NCBI GenBank assembly: GCA_002269645.1
Contig: NIVC01002392.1
Span: 114,628 to 178,627, forward strand
Reading direction: 5' to 3'
DNA: 64,000 bases
Origin: Macrostomum lignano
Lineage: Eukaryota
Both the position numbers and the translations under genes were made by a program. Positions 36,278 through 49,965 of the stretch are shown here, one piece after another. Within the stretch, counting starts at the first letter, position 1; each line of letters begins with the position of its first letter. Under the pieces are notes generated by a model. It searched no databases. It saw nothing but the letters and a program-made list of their open reading frames with translations, and was not told where the DNA came from.

Positions 36278-37345
36278 ACACATGCAGGCAGTTTGTCACC
36301 CTGACACATGCAGGCAGTTTGTCACCCTGACACATGCAGGCAGTTTGTCACCCTGACACATGCAGGTAGTTTGTCACCCTGACACATGCAGGTAGTTTGT
36401 CACCCTGACACATGCAGGTAGTTTGTCACCCTGTGACCTGCAGGTAGTTTGTCACCCTGACACATGCAGGCAGTTTGTCACCCTGACACATGCAGGTAGT
36501 TTGTCACCCTGACACATGCAGGTAGTTTGTCACCCTGACACATGCAGGCAGTTTGTCACCCTGTGACCTGTAGGCAGTTTGTCAACCTGACACATGCAGG
36601 TAGTTTGTCACCCTGACACATGCAGGCAGTTTGTCACCCTGTGACCTGTAGGCAGTTTGTCAACCTGACACATGCAGGCAGTTTGTCACCCTGACACATG
36701 CAGGCAGTTTGTCACCCTGTGACCTGTAGGCAGTTTGTCAACCTGACACATGCAGGCATTTTGTCACCCTGACACATGCAGGCAGTTTGTCACCCTGACA
36801 CATGCAGGCATTTTGTCACCCTGACACATGCAGGTAGTTTGTCACCCTGACACATGCAGGTAGTTTGTCACCCTGTGACCTGCAGGCATTTTGTCACCCT
36901 GTGACCTGCAGGTAGTTTGTCACCCTGACACATGCAGGCAGTTTGTCACCCTGACACATGCAGGTAGTTTGTCACCCTGACACATGCAGGTAGTTTGTCA
37001 CCCTGACACATGCAGGTAGTTTGTCACCCTGTGACCTGCAGGTAGTTTGTCACCCTGACACATGCAGGTAGTTTGTCACCCTGACACATGCAGGCAGTTT
37101 GTCACCCTGTGGCCTGTAGGCAGTTTGTCAACCTGACACATGCAGGCAGTTTGTCACCCTGACACATGCAGGCAGTTTGTCACCCTGTGACCTGTAGGCA
37201 GTTTGTCAACCTGACACATGCAGGCATTTTGTCACCCTGACACATGCAGGTAGTTTGTCACCCTGACACATGCAGGCAGTTTGTCACCCTGTGACCTGCA
37301 GGCATTTTGTCACCCTGTGACCTGCAGGCAGTTTGTCACCCTGAA
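36278..37345. repeat. 26-bp minisatellite
   Basis: GTTTGTCACCCTGACACATGCAGG(C/T)A units with a CCTGTGACCTG variant. Confidence 0.97.
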
Positions 37346-39650
37346 GCAGATGGTGTCTACAACTCGCAGGCCAGTTGGACCAGTTTAGGCCAGAAAGAAA
37401 CTAAAAAGCAGCAACTCTAGAAAGCTCCCGCATTCAGGTGATGGGGAAGTGTCTGCTGTAGTCCGCTCAAGCGATTGCAGATTCCCTGAGACTCGTGCAC
37501 AGCGCGCTAAGTCCGGCAGTCCGATACAATCCGTTCCTAATCTTCATGCGAATTCCTGACGGACTCTGTCAACAACCCTCTCATATGCGTGCTCCATGTT
37601 TTGCATAGATTCCAGAGTCCCTCCATCTGTTATCCTTGCTGCAAAGGAAGCTGAGATGCCTCCTCATAAGCAATCGCTTGCAGGCTGAAAGCTGCTAGAG
37701 CTCAGGTGAGTCCGGCTTTAGGTCTCTACCTCACTCACGGCTGGCTTGAGCCGACAGAGAAGCAATTTGCGCGGGATCAACCGATAAATTGAGGAATAAG
37801 TAATGCACTCAGGGAAAAAACTAACTCAAGAGGAGTATCTGATGGAGCATTAGGATGGAAAGAATTTTTTTGGAGAGTTTCTTGTCGAATCGCAAAAGCT
37901 AAAAAGCTGGGAGGGTTGCTCAGAGAGAACTGAACTGATTGAACAGCCAAGGCCTTTTTAGACCTGTAATATAAATTGGGCAAGTCTGCCATATTGAAGG
38001 ATCAGTAAGAAATTTATTAGATAAGCCCGTTTTATCCTGACAGATGAGCCTGACAGATGAGCATTAAATGAGTAGAGCGTATGCGCGAGTGCCTGAGCTG
38101 AGCTCAATGTTGGCTGTATGTTTTCTCCCAGCTGAGGCTCCCAAGTGTGCAGTTGGCATTACAGCAGTAGCATTCGCAATTGGCTGTTCCTCTTGTACAC
38201 CTGAGCTTCTTGAGTCTCGGGACTCGGGAGGTGGGAAGGAGGTTAGAGGGGAGTTTCAGACCGAGCAGCTGAAATGTAAGCCGTGTCACTCCCGAGCTCC
38301 CAGATCCCGGATGTCCCGGCATTGGACAGGCGCCTAGGGAGGCTTCTCTCTCTTCTCTCCTCTTGTCAAGAGGCGGCTCGGGCACTGTCGAATATTTCAT
38401 ATTTTTCCGTTCTGCCGTTCCACTTCCCTATGCCTCAGAGTGGAGCTTGAGTGCAATAAACAAGAGTAAGATAGAAGCAGATCACACTTCATCGCTCGAG
38501 ATGGCCTCCAGCAGTCAGTGGGGCCAGCCTGTACCAGCGCCTGCCACCTCGGACCCGCTTGAAATTCTCGTCCGTTCCGGGTCGTTGCGAACCGAGGGTC
38601 GAAAGGTAACTGCAGGGACGGGGGTTGAAAATTCTACTCGTGGCTAGTAGTTAATTTTTCCGCATATTATCCTGATTGTCTCAAAGCTGCAGGGAGCAAT
38701 TATCGTTAATTAGGTACTAATTACCTCCTCAGAAGACTTTCGGCGACTGGCATCTAGCTTACCTTGCTCATCGTTTGTATAGCTTTCACATTGATTTAAT
38801 TTAACTAATTAAAGGCCGCACCAGAAGATCGAAAGATGATAGCTTCAGAAAATACGTTAGATACAGTTAACTTAAACAGCTGCTATTAGCTCGTGAAAGG
38901 ACAGCTTTTCCGAGGTTTTGTCATCAGGCTGAGTTATTTGGTGATAGCCTGAATCTTAGAGCCTGTAAGTAAGGCAAGACGTTCAAAGCAGAAATGCTTC
39001 CGCAGTAAAGATGAAAGCTGATATTGCTGTAAGCATGCCATGGCAGAGCGGAACCAGCGCTATTGAATCACGTGCCTCTCAGATCGCATGGCTCAAGAAT
39101 AGTCGCTGAGTTGATGCTCAAAACAGTAGATCAGATATTGAAAAGAGGCCTTTGATGTGGGCAAACCTGCAGCTTGGGTAGATAGATAGCGGCCCAGCTA
39201 GCGGAGAGAGTCAAAGAGGCGAGCAGTTTTCACGATCAGTCAGGTCCAGAGCTCTCGTCCGTGCGTGACCGGCATTGCGGATCCGGGACAGAGCGCTGGA
39301 GGGTAAGGAGAGCCGATCCAGCCTTCTTAGTGCACTTTACCATGGATGATGATAAGGCTTTATGGCCGGAGGTTGAGAACTTACCTGCGTGAGGAGGGCT
39401 TCCGCGCCGAGTAGGCTGCGCTTATGAGGGAAGCGCTCTCAGTGGTCTCGCGGGTTTTAGCTAACTCCCATTTCATAGTCCTCGGGTGAGCAGTCATTCG
39501 CATTGTGACTTGCTTAGCTTACATTTTTTGCTGGATGCGCTGTTCTATGAACTTTTTTCAACTCAGATTATAAAGCGTTTCAGAAGCTATCAACCGGAGC
39601 AACTGGCTCAAGTAGTGAACAGTATCACAAGGTACTTCAAACTCATGAGG

Positions 39651-39900
39651 AGGTTGTAGCTTAGTGGTCAGAGCGTCGGATTCACGATTTGAAGGTCGGG
39701 GGTTCGATTTCCGATTCCAGTGAAACTATTTGTGTCCTTGAGCTATACACTCAACTCTGCATTGCTTCAGTTCACCCAGCTGTAAAATGGGTGTGTGTGT
39801 GGCAACCCACCAGTCCTTGGACTTTGCAATAGCTGCGGCTGAGCTGCCGGTTGCACATCTGGCCCAATTTGGGCAGGTGTAATCAATTATTTTTATTATT
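39651..39900 (+). mobile_element. CORE-like SINE copy with internal deletions
   Basis: Same head, CORE-like block and tail as 32634-32940. Confidence 0.85.
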
Positions 39901-41081
39901 GGGCTTACGCTAAACGCGGAGCAAAGAATTTGGAGCTGAAAAGAAGGAGCTTTGGACTATCTTAATGGTTTTACGCGCTAAATGCTATTCTCGTATTGAC
40001 TTGGACTTGCTGGAAACAAACAAAGCAGCAGTGGCATCGACATCGACCTAGTTAGTCTTATTGCTGCTGTACCATGCAAGTAGACCAAACTGGACCTTTC
40101 TGAAACTTGTCTCAAGGCGAAGACGATATGTGAAAGATTCTGGCAGACCAGCAGAGTTGGAACTCATTTTCAATGCGCCCCTGTAATCTACCAAAGTGCA
40201 TCCAGCTGGAGACAATTTTAAAGATATCTTATTTTGAGATGAGTTAAAAAAGTACAATCGCATCGGCAATCGTTGATACCTGAGTTAACGAAAAATTCCA
40301 TGTTTGCCTTCCTCCCACGTTTGAATCCCAATGTCAAGTCAGTTCATAAAAACTGCATGCTTGCCTCTTCCCATTGTTCCCCGCACGGTCTCTCTCTCTC
40401 TCTCTCTCTCTCTGAGTCTGCCGTCCCCCGTGCATCCCAACCCCCAACCGGACTTCTTTGGGGGTGAGAGCGGCCTCAAGCCCCACACCGATAAGCTGTA
40501 CTCAGAGTCGGCAAGGGCCACCCAGTCAGGAAAAAAGTAGGGAAAACAACGATGGGAGAGAGAAATGGGAGACGGATCCGCAAGGAAGAACGCGGTCGGA
40601 AGGCAACAATCGTGGAGCTAACAGAAAGCAGTTAGAATGCAAGAGGTTAGTTGGATGGAATTGGAAGACCAGAAGCGAAGGCTTGGTGAGCTTTAGTGCA
40701 GGCAAGTCGTTTAATCGGCCTTTCCTAACTCAGAGTAGGTTGCAGCATCTCCCCATCTCGCCTCCCCTGTGTGAACCGCGATAGGCCCAGAGAGAGACAG
40801 GGAGATTCAATTGCTACGGCTGCCCTGATCTCGTATTTAATAGGAAATGCGATTCCCGCGCTTTCTAACTAAACCAAAATAGGATAGGACGCCATTCAGA
40901 ATATACGAGCGTACAAAATCCAAATTGTTAAGTAGAAAATAACTCAAGCCAGACCCTCTAAAGAATCCTTAGTTAACAGAGCATAAAAATTCAGACTAGT
41001 TATAACAGACCCATCGAGACCAGAACAGAATCGGAGAGTCAGACAGGAGGACAGCCAACAAGCCCACTGAGGCGGCAGTGT

Positions 41082-44000
41082 ATGGCCAAAGCGGCTAAAT
41101 TGCAGACAATGCGGGCTCTTCACGACTCCATCCGGCGTTACGAGACCTCTAACACCTCGCGTCGACGCAGCTCGGTGGCTCTGCGTCCTGAGCCACCGAC
41201 ACCGTCAGCTCTGCGCCGAGCAGCTGCTGAATCTGCATCGGTAGACACGGAGAATGCAACCGGGGGCGCATGCTCCAGATTTTACGTAGGCCTGAGCGCC
41301 TGTCTTGGCCGCGTGACTGCAACGGCAACCACGGCGGAAAACCCCCTGCCAGAGGAGCCAACATTCTGGCAGCAGGCCAAGTTCAGCTGCCGCTGCCCGC
41401 CGCACGGCTACGTGGCTCGCTGGATCACCGGCCTCGTGTCCATCCTGGTACTATACGGCACGCTCATTGTGCTGGTCGGCGAGAACGCGCTACCGCAGAC
41501 CTGCGAGTTGGTTGTCACTGCAGCCACCCCCACAGATACGACCGAAGCAGCAAACGTCAGCTCTTCAGTACCAGAAAATGAGAACTCGAACAGCACGACA
41601 GACTCAATCGTGACAAAGTCCTGCCACGGTGGAAACATCTTCGGACTGTTTGTGCTGTTCGTCTGCTCGATGGTGGCCAGCTCCTGGTCCAAGAAGCTCA
41701 ACTTGCCTCCTCTGCTCGGAATGCTAATTGTTGGCTGTATCCTTGGCAACGCTCCGGAGATTAACGTTGCCAGGCACATTCGAAAGGAGTACTTCAATAA
41801 GCTTCGCGAATTGGCTCTGTGCGTCATCCTGCTACGCGCCGGCCTCAGCCTCGACCCCAACACCCTGCGGCGCCTGTCAGCGGCCGTGTTCCGCCTGTCC
41901 TTCGTGCCCTGCCTGGTCGAGAGTTTCGTGAGCGCGGCCGCCGCTCGCCTGATCCTGGGCTTTCCCTGGGAGTGGGGATTTATGCTGGGTGAGTCTCGGA
42001 AGTTTTGACGAGTTGATAAACTCAAGTTTTCATCAAATCGATTCTAGGGTCTATAAGCAGTACAAAAATACGGTAGCAGTAAGGAGTTATGAAATAGAAA
42101 TTAAAAGCATAGAAGAGTCTAAAAAAAGTGAGCTGCACTCATAACACGACAGGCTTTGTACTGGGCGCGGTGTCTCCGGCTGTAGTGGTTCTTGGCATGC
42201 TGAAACTGGAGTACCGCGGCTACGGCGTTGAGAAAGGCATCCCGACGCTCATCATCGCCGCCTCCTCCATGGACGACGTTCTGGCCATCACCGGCTTCAG
42301 CCTGGCGCTGGGCATCGCGGCCGACGGCAGCGGCAGCAGCGGCAACGGCAGCATCGCCAGGGCAATTTTCCGCGGTCCACGCGACGCTCTGATCGGCATC
42401 GCCTACGGAGCGGCGGTCGGCGCGCTGCTCTGGTACATCCCTCACCGGCAGCACAAGCGGCCCATCATGTTCCGCTTCATTTTTCTGGTCGGAGCCGGCA
42501 TTGTGGCCCTGCTGGGCTGCGAGATGGTTCACCTCAAAGGCGCTGGTGAGAGACTCCACAAAGCTGTTTCGTATCGGAGTGTCTTAAGTGTAGTTGTACT
42601 TTTCTCCCTTTGCTGCATCTTCTCTATTGCTTTTGATGTCTTCCTGTCCTTGACCAGCATGGACAGGCAAAGTTCTCATTCGGAATCATATTCAATCATG
42701 CTTGAGCCTGAGAACTCTGGGAACCGGCTATGATTACGCATAATGTGCCCTCATAACTAGTCAGACATATCTCTCCAGGTTTCCGGCTTCCATCTGGCAC
42801 AGGAATTATCAATAGAATGATGCAGTATAATCGTATGATCGTTTTTGGCAATCAACCTCAATGCCATATACATGTACGATCAGTTTAGTATCGCGTGAAG
42901 ACTCGAGAAGTTGAGTCTTAAAGAGAGGTTATCTTTACTGTTGCTAATCTCATGCAAAATAACCCTGTGTTTAAATTTAAATATCAATATTTAAAAAGTA
43001 TAGCTTCTCAGGTAATGCGGTCATATGAAATTTCGATTGTAAATAGCACGAGGTGCGAGTGCTTGTGGTGCGTGATCACAGCAATCACGCGTGTGAAAAC
43101 AGAGAGTTGCCAGCGTGGCATGACTACTCGGCTTAGTCTACGATGTTGTTATCATTTTTCCTGCTTAGAGACGCCGTCTGTCAGATCTTCTTCTCACCTC
43201 TGCAGCCTGGAATATGTCAAAAAGAATTTCAAAAGCTCCATGGGCATGCAAAATGTCTGCATTTAATCGGGATTGTCTTTTCTAGTCCAAATATTCTGAG
43301 CGATGGATCTCGATTTCGAGCTCTGGAAGTGACGGCGGGAATTCTTCTGAGCAGGGAAGGACTGAGATACTTCCCAAGAAATCGCCTGCCAGTGACAGTC
43401 TCCGGGGCTGAAGGGCCTCCCGTACTCTCCAGGATCCAGGGTGAGTCGCTAGTGAGGAAGTGACTGTTGCGGGCAACGGTCAATTCGACAAAGCTGAAGT
43501 CCTCGAAACTCAATCAGACTGCAGTCGCGGACGACGTTCCATTCATATCAACTAAGCGATGTCCTTCGGCACTGCTAATTGGCAACTAATTAATTCATTT
43601 ATCTCTTTCCCTCTCTCGCACATTTAAGCCGTTCGGTCACATCGCGATGGAGATGCAAAATAAAATCTTTTCGATTCTCCAATTTTATCGTGTATTTTAA
43701 TAAGCCAAGCTTAACAAATTTTTCCTACTTTACGCTCGTACTTCGCCAAGCGATAAGCCGCAAAAGTGCATTGGGTTGAATAAGAAAATCTTCAACTGAA
43801 GCAAAAAAGTCATTTGAGAGTCGAAAGCAAACGAATACATGTAGACATTGGGAACACCGAACCTATCCACGTATGGGTATGGGATGCAAGAATAAAGTGA
43901 TGCGTTGCAAGTGTGTCACTCAGTTTTCCAAGGAGGTTGAGCGCTTGATTAATGTAGCCATGACCGGGTTGGTAACTCGGCAGGGACTTTTCGGGGCTGA

Positions 44001-45760
44001 GCAGATTGCCAAAGCCGGTTTGACAGCCTGGAGACGGGCGCTCCCCAAGTGAGTTGGTGACGGCACGCAACTCTTTTTGTTCCTATCAACATTGGGGGTG
44101 GTAGGAAAGGCTCTCCGTGCCGCCTACTACTGAATTGAGGCTGTTTCTCTCGAAATTGTGTTTCTGTTCGTGAGATTAATTAACCCTGATGTACGTAGCA
44201 TTCCTAATGCTTTGCACCGGGACTAAAGGTAATTCTAGCACTCTCCAAGGTGTAGCATCTCAGAATTTATAGAAAACCTCTAATTAACCCGGATTTTTAT
44301 TAGGCTCAAGACTTTTTAATCTCGGGAATAATCCACGTTGCAGGAGAGTCGTAGCCCCAGTGGTCTACCATGTCGCTCTAATGTGCCCCAGTCTGGATTC
44401 CAACTGCAGTCAGTCACATTAATTTTGGGGCTAAGCTGGAAAATTAACGCCCTTGAGGTCCAACCACCAGGGACACAGTGAAGTGTACATGCCCAACGAT
44501 AAATAAAGTTAGGGCTGCTGTACACTCCTGTGTGAGTGCCTGTGCGTATGACTGCGTACGTATCCGCTCGCTTGTGTGCCTGCTCAGGGAAGTCGTCGGA
44601 ATGGCAGTAATGCCTCTCGCCGGTTGTTTTAATACATTAAATTAGTCATGCAACTTCCGCACTTCAAACTCCAGGAGCCATGGCTGTGCTGACTCTGGCT
44701 TTAGTATCCGGCTACGGCTGGCGTCGCTGGGACGGCTGGTGCGACGAGAAAAACCCGATGCTGGCCCCGCTGGACACTCTGTGGTGGTTCATGCAGCCGC
44801 TGCTGTTTGGCCTCATCGGCGGTCAGATTGACTTCGAGAAGATCCAGCCGGGCCAGCTGGCGCGCGGCCTGGGCGTGGTCGGCATCGGACTGGCGCTGCG
44901 CATGGCCGCCAGCTTCCTGTGTGTGCTGGGCACCAACCTTAGCCTGAGGGAGCGGCTGTTTGTGCCATTTTCCTGGCTGCCCAAAGCTACGGTTCAGGTA
45001 GGCAAAAGGCTCAGTCGATATAGGACTAAAATCAATTACGTATAGCATTTCAAATAGGTATCTGTGCTTATGCTGGATTTCGTGAACGCAATGCGAGTCT
45101 TCACCAGGGTGACTTGCTAACCTTGATACCTACAAATGATTCTAGCTATTTTAAGTATAGGAATGTTCAATAATCGGAACCCAGGCAGTGGTCCTCCTTG
45201 ACAACCCTCTGCTCCAGGCCGCTATCGGTCCCGTGGCTCTTGACATGGCCCTGTCCAAGCAGAATCGCAACGACCAAGAGGTCGACTGGGCCAGCCAGAT
45301 CCTCACCATCGCGGCCCTCGTGATACTGCTCACCGCTCCAATTGGCGCCTTCCTGATCGCCTTCTTGGGCCCGAAGATGCTGCAGCGCGATCGCAACTGG
45401 GAGCAGCACCACTTCGAGCTGTCAGCCAGGCAGCACAGCGGCCAGCACACCCGAGCGAGGACCGCCAAAGCGGCTGCAGCTGCAGTGGCTGCCGTGGCCC
45501 TTGCCACAGCATCCGTAGCCGGCCGGCCGGGCTTCCTGCGCGCCACAGCCAACGATTGTCGACGCGACGCGGACGAAATCGTCGCCCTCGAGGACAACGA
45601 CGCAAATATTGAGACGGAAGTCCGGCCTAAAGCGGTTTCGAACGTCTCGACAGTAGACGAAACTAAAGAGGGCATCAACGGCGACTTTGCCCGACGCTTC
45701 GGCCTCGGTTTAGGCGCCTCTCAGACAGCTGCGGCCCGATCGCGGCGAACCTCTCTGTAG
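41082..45760 (+). CDS. SLC9B2: Na+/H+ antiporter of the SLC9B/NHA family, 721 aa, 4 exons
   Basis: Exons 41082-41988, 42153-42545, 44675-44997, 45218-45760 (2166 nt, phases consistent). Motifs PPLLGML, ILLRAGL, AVSPAVVV, SSMDDVLAI (di-aspartate) and WLPKATVQAAIGP. SLC9B1 versus SLC9B2 cannot be resolved. Confidence 0.93.
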
Positions 45761-47015
45761 AGATGGATTTCTCAGAGGCTGCCCAATGCGGCCTAGAATA
45801 GCTGTATCAAGGAAGTGGTTAAAAGACCTTCTTGGCAAATGGAAAGGAACGTTGGCATGCTCTTATTGATCGTAAAATTGCTTCTTTCTAATCAGAAAGA
45901 ATCTTAGCAAAGAAACTTGCTTCTTTTTATGTTGTTCGTATTCATTGCTTTGTAGGATTGATTTGTCTGGGAGAATGAAACAAGAACTAGGCTTAGTATC
46001 CGGCATTCTGGCACAGATTCAATACTACATGCTAGAATCTGAATCAATGCACTATTCATTCTATTAACTCTATGTAATGCACTATAGTTTATTGGAAAGA
46101 TATTAATAAATTCCCTATTAACCTTGAATGGAGAAGATTGAGAATCAAAAGTCATGTTTGTGCCACTTACCTAGGGCCTAAACTAGAAAAAATAGTTTTT
46201 TGTCTTCATTGAATTCATTTACGAGCGTAATACCGTGATATCGTGACCTGAGTCCAAGAATTAAAGAACTAGGCGCTGATGAAGCAGCTAAAAACTCTTG
46301 TTGGTTTTGTTGCTCTGGAGTGTCAGAAAGCGGCCTTGTTAACAATAACAACAAGAAAATACGCTGTCAGGTCTTTTAATAAACAGAGCATCACAGGCGC
46401 CTTAGGCAGCAGGTAAGTCAACGAAACACACCGACTACGCACCTGTCCCCACGTAGCATCAAATGAAACACAGACTGAAGACCCGAAGACTCAATCTAAA
46501 GAAAGCATTCGACAGTTCATACTCCAATGAATTGGCAAGAGGCTGAAAATTCCGAGTGCGAATCACCAAGGCAAATATGAAACCTACAAAAGTTAGTTTA
46601 GCCACCAAAAAGACGACAAACTATTGTCTGCAAATAGGCCACTCGTTTGAAATACATGTACTTGATTATAGTTAGCCTAAGCGTATTGAAACGCTTAGGT
46701 GAAACAGCAGCTCGCCCGTTGCAATTATCTATGGCTGACTTCAATAAATAAAAAACTCGTATGCATATAAGTATTTAGTTAATTTCATACCACTTAACGC
46801 AGTCTGACTTGAAGAATATAGGATTCAATACTTGGTTTTGAGTGCTTAAATGTCTATGGCACTCGTGCGCTTCGTATTGTAACACGATATTTAACACAAT
46901 ATTTAATTCTCTGCAAAATGCTTATTCTCAGTAACAAATTTTTTATTCAAAAAATAGGGAGTTTTGGCCATAGACAATTTCTTAGACATCATTCATTCTT
47001 TCTTTCTCTAGAATG

Positions 47016-47510
47016 CAGGGGGTGTTTTACGAACTGCGTCTTAAGACTGACTCCTTAGTTCCAACTTGGGCTCGAACTTAAGACTGAGCCGTAAATGCGT
47101 TTTACAAACACTTAGGAGTCACTTCTAACCTCGATCTTAGCTAAGGTCGAGCTTTGGTTGTGGACGAGAAAGTTTAGGATAGGGTTGACCATAGACTAAT
47201 TCCGTGGCGTAAAACTTTAGCCCAAACTTTATTCCAAAAGATCGGCTCTTGCTGTTCAGATAGCGACTTCAAACTTAGGACAACTCTAGATGTGTCCTAA
47301 AGTTAAGATCGACCATGACAGTTTTGGTCATAGACAGTCTCTCTTGATAAAACGCACCAGTCGTAAGTTCGATCTTATCTTCCCTTAGGTCAGGCCTAAG
47401 TTGGATCCCAGCTAAGATCGACTTTTATCTTCATAGAACACGTCCATCCTAAACTTTTAATCCTAAGTTTGATCTTAAGATTGAACTTTGGTTCGTATAA
47501 CACCCCCCTG
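47016..47510. mobile_element. MITE-like element, about 495 bp
   Basis: Inverted termini CAGGGGGTGTTTTACGAAC / GTTCGTATAACACCCCCCTG and internal repeated CTTAAGA/TAAGATCGA motifs. TSD not resolved. Confidence 0.7.
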
Positions 47511-48263
47511 GTGTGGAAATGTGGGGGCTCCACCCCCACACCGCTCCCTTGACCCCACTGTCTTCTGACTGCCATAGACATTTTTAGCGGGCCGTTAAAC
47601 CGACTGAATGCGTTGGAGTAAATGGGTTTTTACCATAGACAGTCTCAGCGGCCAGTAAAACACGCCTCAGCGTTGTACTTCAGCTAGTTTCTGCCCTCTG
47701 CAGCTTGACAGATTCAATGAGAGACTACGAGTTAGCCTACTCTCAAGAGTAAGGCGTGGATTATGAGAAAAAGTGATTGCACCAGTGTTTCATTTATACG
47801 AGTATTAAGACTCTCCTAGCTTTTGGAATTGAAAAGCATTCGAAACTCACCGAATGAATGTTGTAACAGCGTTTCCAAAGGGAAAATTGGAAGAAGAAAT
47901 TTGTACGGAACAACTAAAAAAAAATTCGAACTAAAGCGGGCCCCAGATTCCGGGATTGAAGTTCTCATGAACAGCTTCCAACCCTTGGTTTGATGCAAGC
48001 GAAGTCAGAACCCTCAACTCTCAAGCTGCCATTGGCGTGTATGTGGATTATGTTTTGCTAACTGCACCTTATCGCTGCTACAACGCTACGAGAACTTGTA
48101 CAACAAGGAAAGTAAAGACGTGTGTGAATGTCCTTACTTCCTCGGAGCACAAGCTAGCTAGTTGAAGAGTTACCTCTTCATTAACAAGTTCACAAAATGT
48201 GGGGTCATGTATGGTTTACGGTACATATTTACAGTACAGTACAGTACGAACATACAGTACAAG

Positions 48264-48815
48264 TGAGGGTTGTGAGGGTTGTAGCCTAGCGAGGGCTTGT
48301 AGCCTAGCGAGGGGTTGTAGCCTAGCGAGGGGTTGTAGCCTAGTGGGGGATGTAGCCTAGTGGGGGTTGTAGCCTAGTGACGGGTTGTATCCTAGTGGGG
48401 GTTGTAGCCTAGTGGGGGTTGTAGCCTAGTGACGGGTTGTAGCCTAGCGAGGGGTTGTAGCCTAGCGAGGGGTTGCAGCCTAGTGGGGGTTGTAGCCTAG
48501 TGGGGGATGTAGCCTAGTGGGGGTTGTAGCCTAGTGACGGGTTGTAGCCTAGCGAGGGGTTGTAGCCTAGTGACGGGTTGTAGCCTAGCAAGGGGTTGTA
48601 GCCTAGTGACGGGTTGTAGCCTAGTGAGGGTTGTAGCCTAGTGGGGGATGTAGCCTAGTAGGGGTTGTAGCCTAGTGACGGGTTGTAGCCTAGTGGAGTG
48701 GTTGTAGCCTAGTGGGGGATGTAGCCTAGTGACGGGTTGTAGCCTAGTGAGAGGTTGTAGCCTAGCGAGGGGTTGTAGCCTAGCGAGGGGTTGTAGCCTA
48801 ATGACGGGTGGTAGC
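48264..48815 (+). repeat. About 20-bp tandem array made of the SINE 5' end (A box)
   Basis: GGGGTTGTAGCCTAG(T/C)G units, about 27 copies, matching the first about 20 nt of the SINE copies at 32634, 39651 and 52397. Confidence 0.9.
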
Positions 48816-48821
48816 CATTAA

Positions 48822-49965
48822 AGGATTATAGCCTTGTGGTTAGAGCATCGGATTCACGAGTGAAAGGTTCGGGGTTCGACTATCGACCCGCACGGAACAA
48901 TTTCATTATGTCCTTGAGCACGAAACAACACTGCATTGCTTCAGTTCACCCAGCTGTAAAATAGGTGCCAGGATTAGTGCTGGAGTAACTGAGGGTGTGT
49001 GTGGCGACCCCCGTCCTTAGTCTAGGGGTGTTCGGGGTTCGGGGTCAGGTTGGGGTTCGGGGTCGGGTCGGGGTTCGGGGTCGGGTTTTGGTACCGGGTT
49101 CGAGGTTCGGGGTTCGGGAGGTGGTACCGGATCGGGGTTCGGAGTTCGGGGTAGGAGTAGCCTAGTGACGGGTAGGGATACCGGGTTCGGGTAGGGGTAC
49201 TAGGTTCGGGGTAGGGGTACCGGGTTCGGGGTTCGGGTCGGCTCTGGCCACCGGGTTTTCCTGGGTTTTCGGGATTTTGCACAATTATCACTTCTAAGTT
49301 AGTTTTCAGTCAGTTTTGACTCTTTATGCAAAATACACAATGCGAACAATTTATTGTGACTTTCAGTTCTTAAAAATAAAAGAAATAGTAAACAGTATCA
49401 CTGATGCCTGTCGAAATTTTTGAAAATAAGGAAAGTTGTCGATGCTGATATTTAAAAGTAATTTAGTATTGAAAAGACGTGGTTTGAACTTCATGCTTCA
49501 ATCATTTTTAAAAAACTATGTAATTTATGATTTTTTTATTTCTCAATTGGCTTTCTGAGTCAGCCAGGCCTGCAAGTGTATGATTAGTGTATAGTGTATA
49601 GTGTATAGTGTATAGTTAATAGTGTATAATCATAAAATGGGCATTAAAATAAAATGTTTCCCATGGGAGAAAAATACAAAAAGCGCTGTACTCTTTAACC
49701 AAACAGCGTATTTATTGATTAAAATGATTAAAATGTCAAACCAATGTCAAAACTTTCGGGGTTAGGTTCGTGGTCGGGTCGGGTTTTGGTACCGGGTTCA
49801 GGGTTCGGGGTTCGGGGTTTAAAAAAATGTTCGGGTTAACCCCGAACCCCGAAAAAACTGCCGTCCCGAACACCCCTACCTTGGACTGAACAGCCGTACG
49901 CAGCCTTAAGATGCGCCGCACAATACTACACTGTCCAGGACAGGTGTAATCAATTATTATTACTA
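48822..49965 (+). mobile_element. CORE-like SINE split by a hAT MITE
   Basis: SINE 5' part 48822-49022 and 3' part 49879-49965 join into the family sequence ...GTCCTTGGACTGAACAGCCGTACGCAGCC. Confidence 0.85.
49023..49878. mobile_element. Non-autonomous hAT element, 856 bp
   Basis: Perfect 14-bp TIR TAGGGGTGTTCGGG / CCCGAACACCCCTA. 8-bp TSD CCTTAGTC / CCTTGGAC (6/8). Subterminal CGGGGTT/CCGAACC repeats. Confidence 0.88.

Noticed and set aside
37400-40800. Possible degraded gene or retroelement
   Set aside because: Coding-like composition, but no recognisable motif or sustained ORF in any frame.
49023-49260. Telomere-like GGGGTTC repeats
   Set aside because: They are subterminal repeats of a TIR/TSD-bounded hAT element and are mirrored at its other end.
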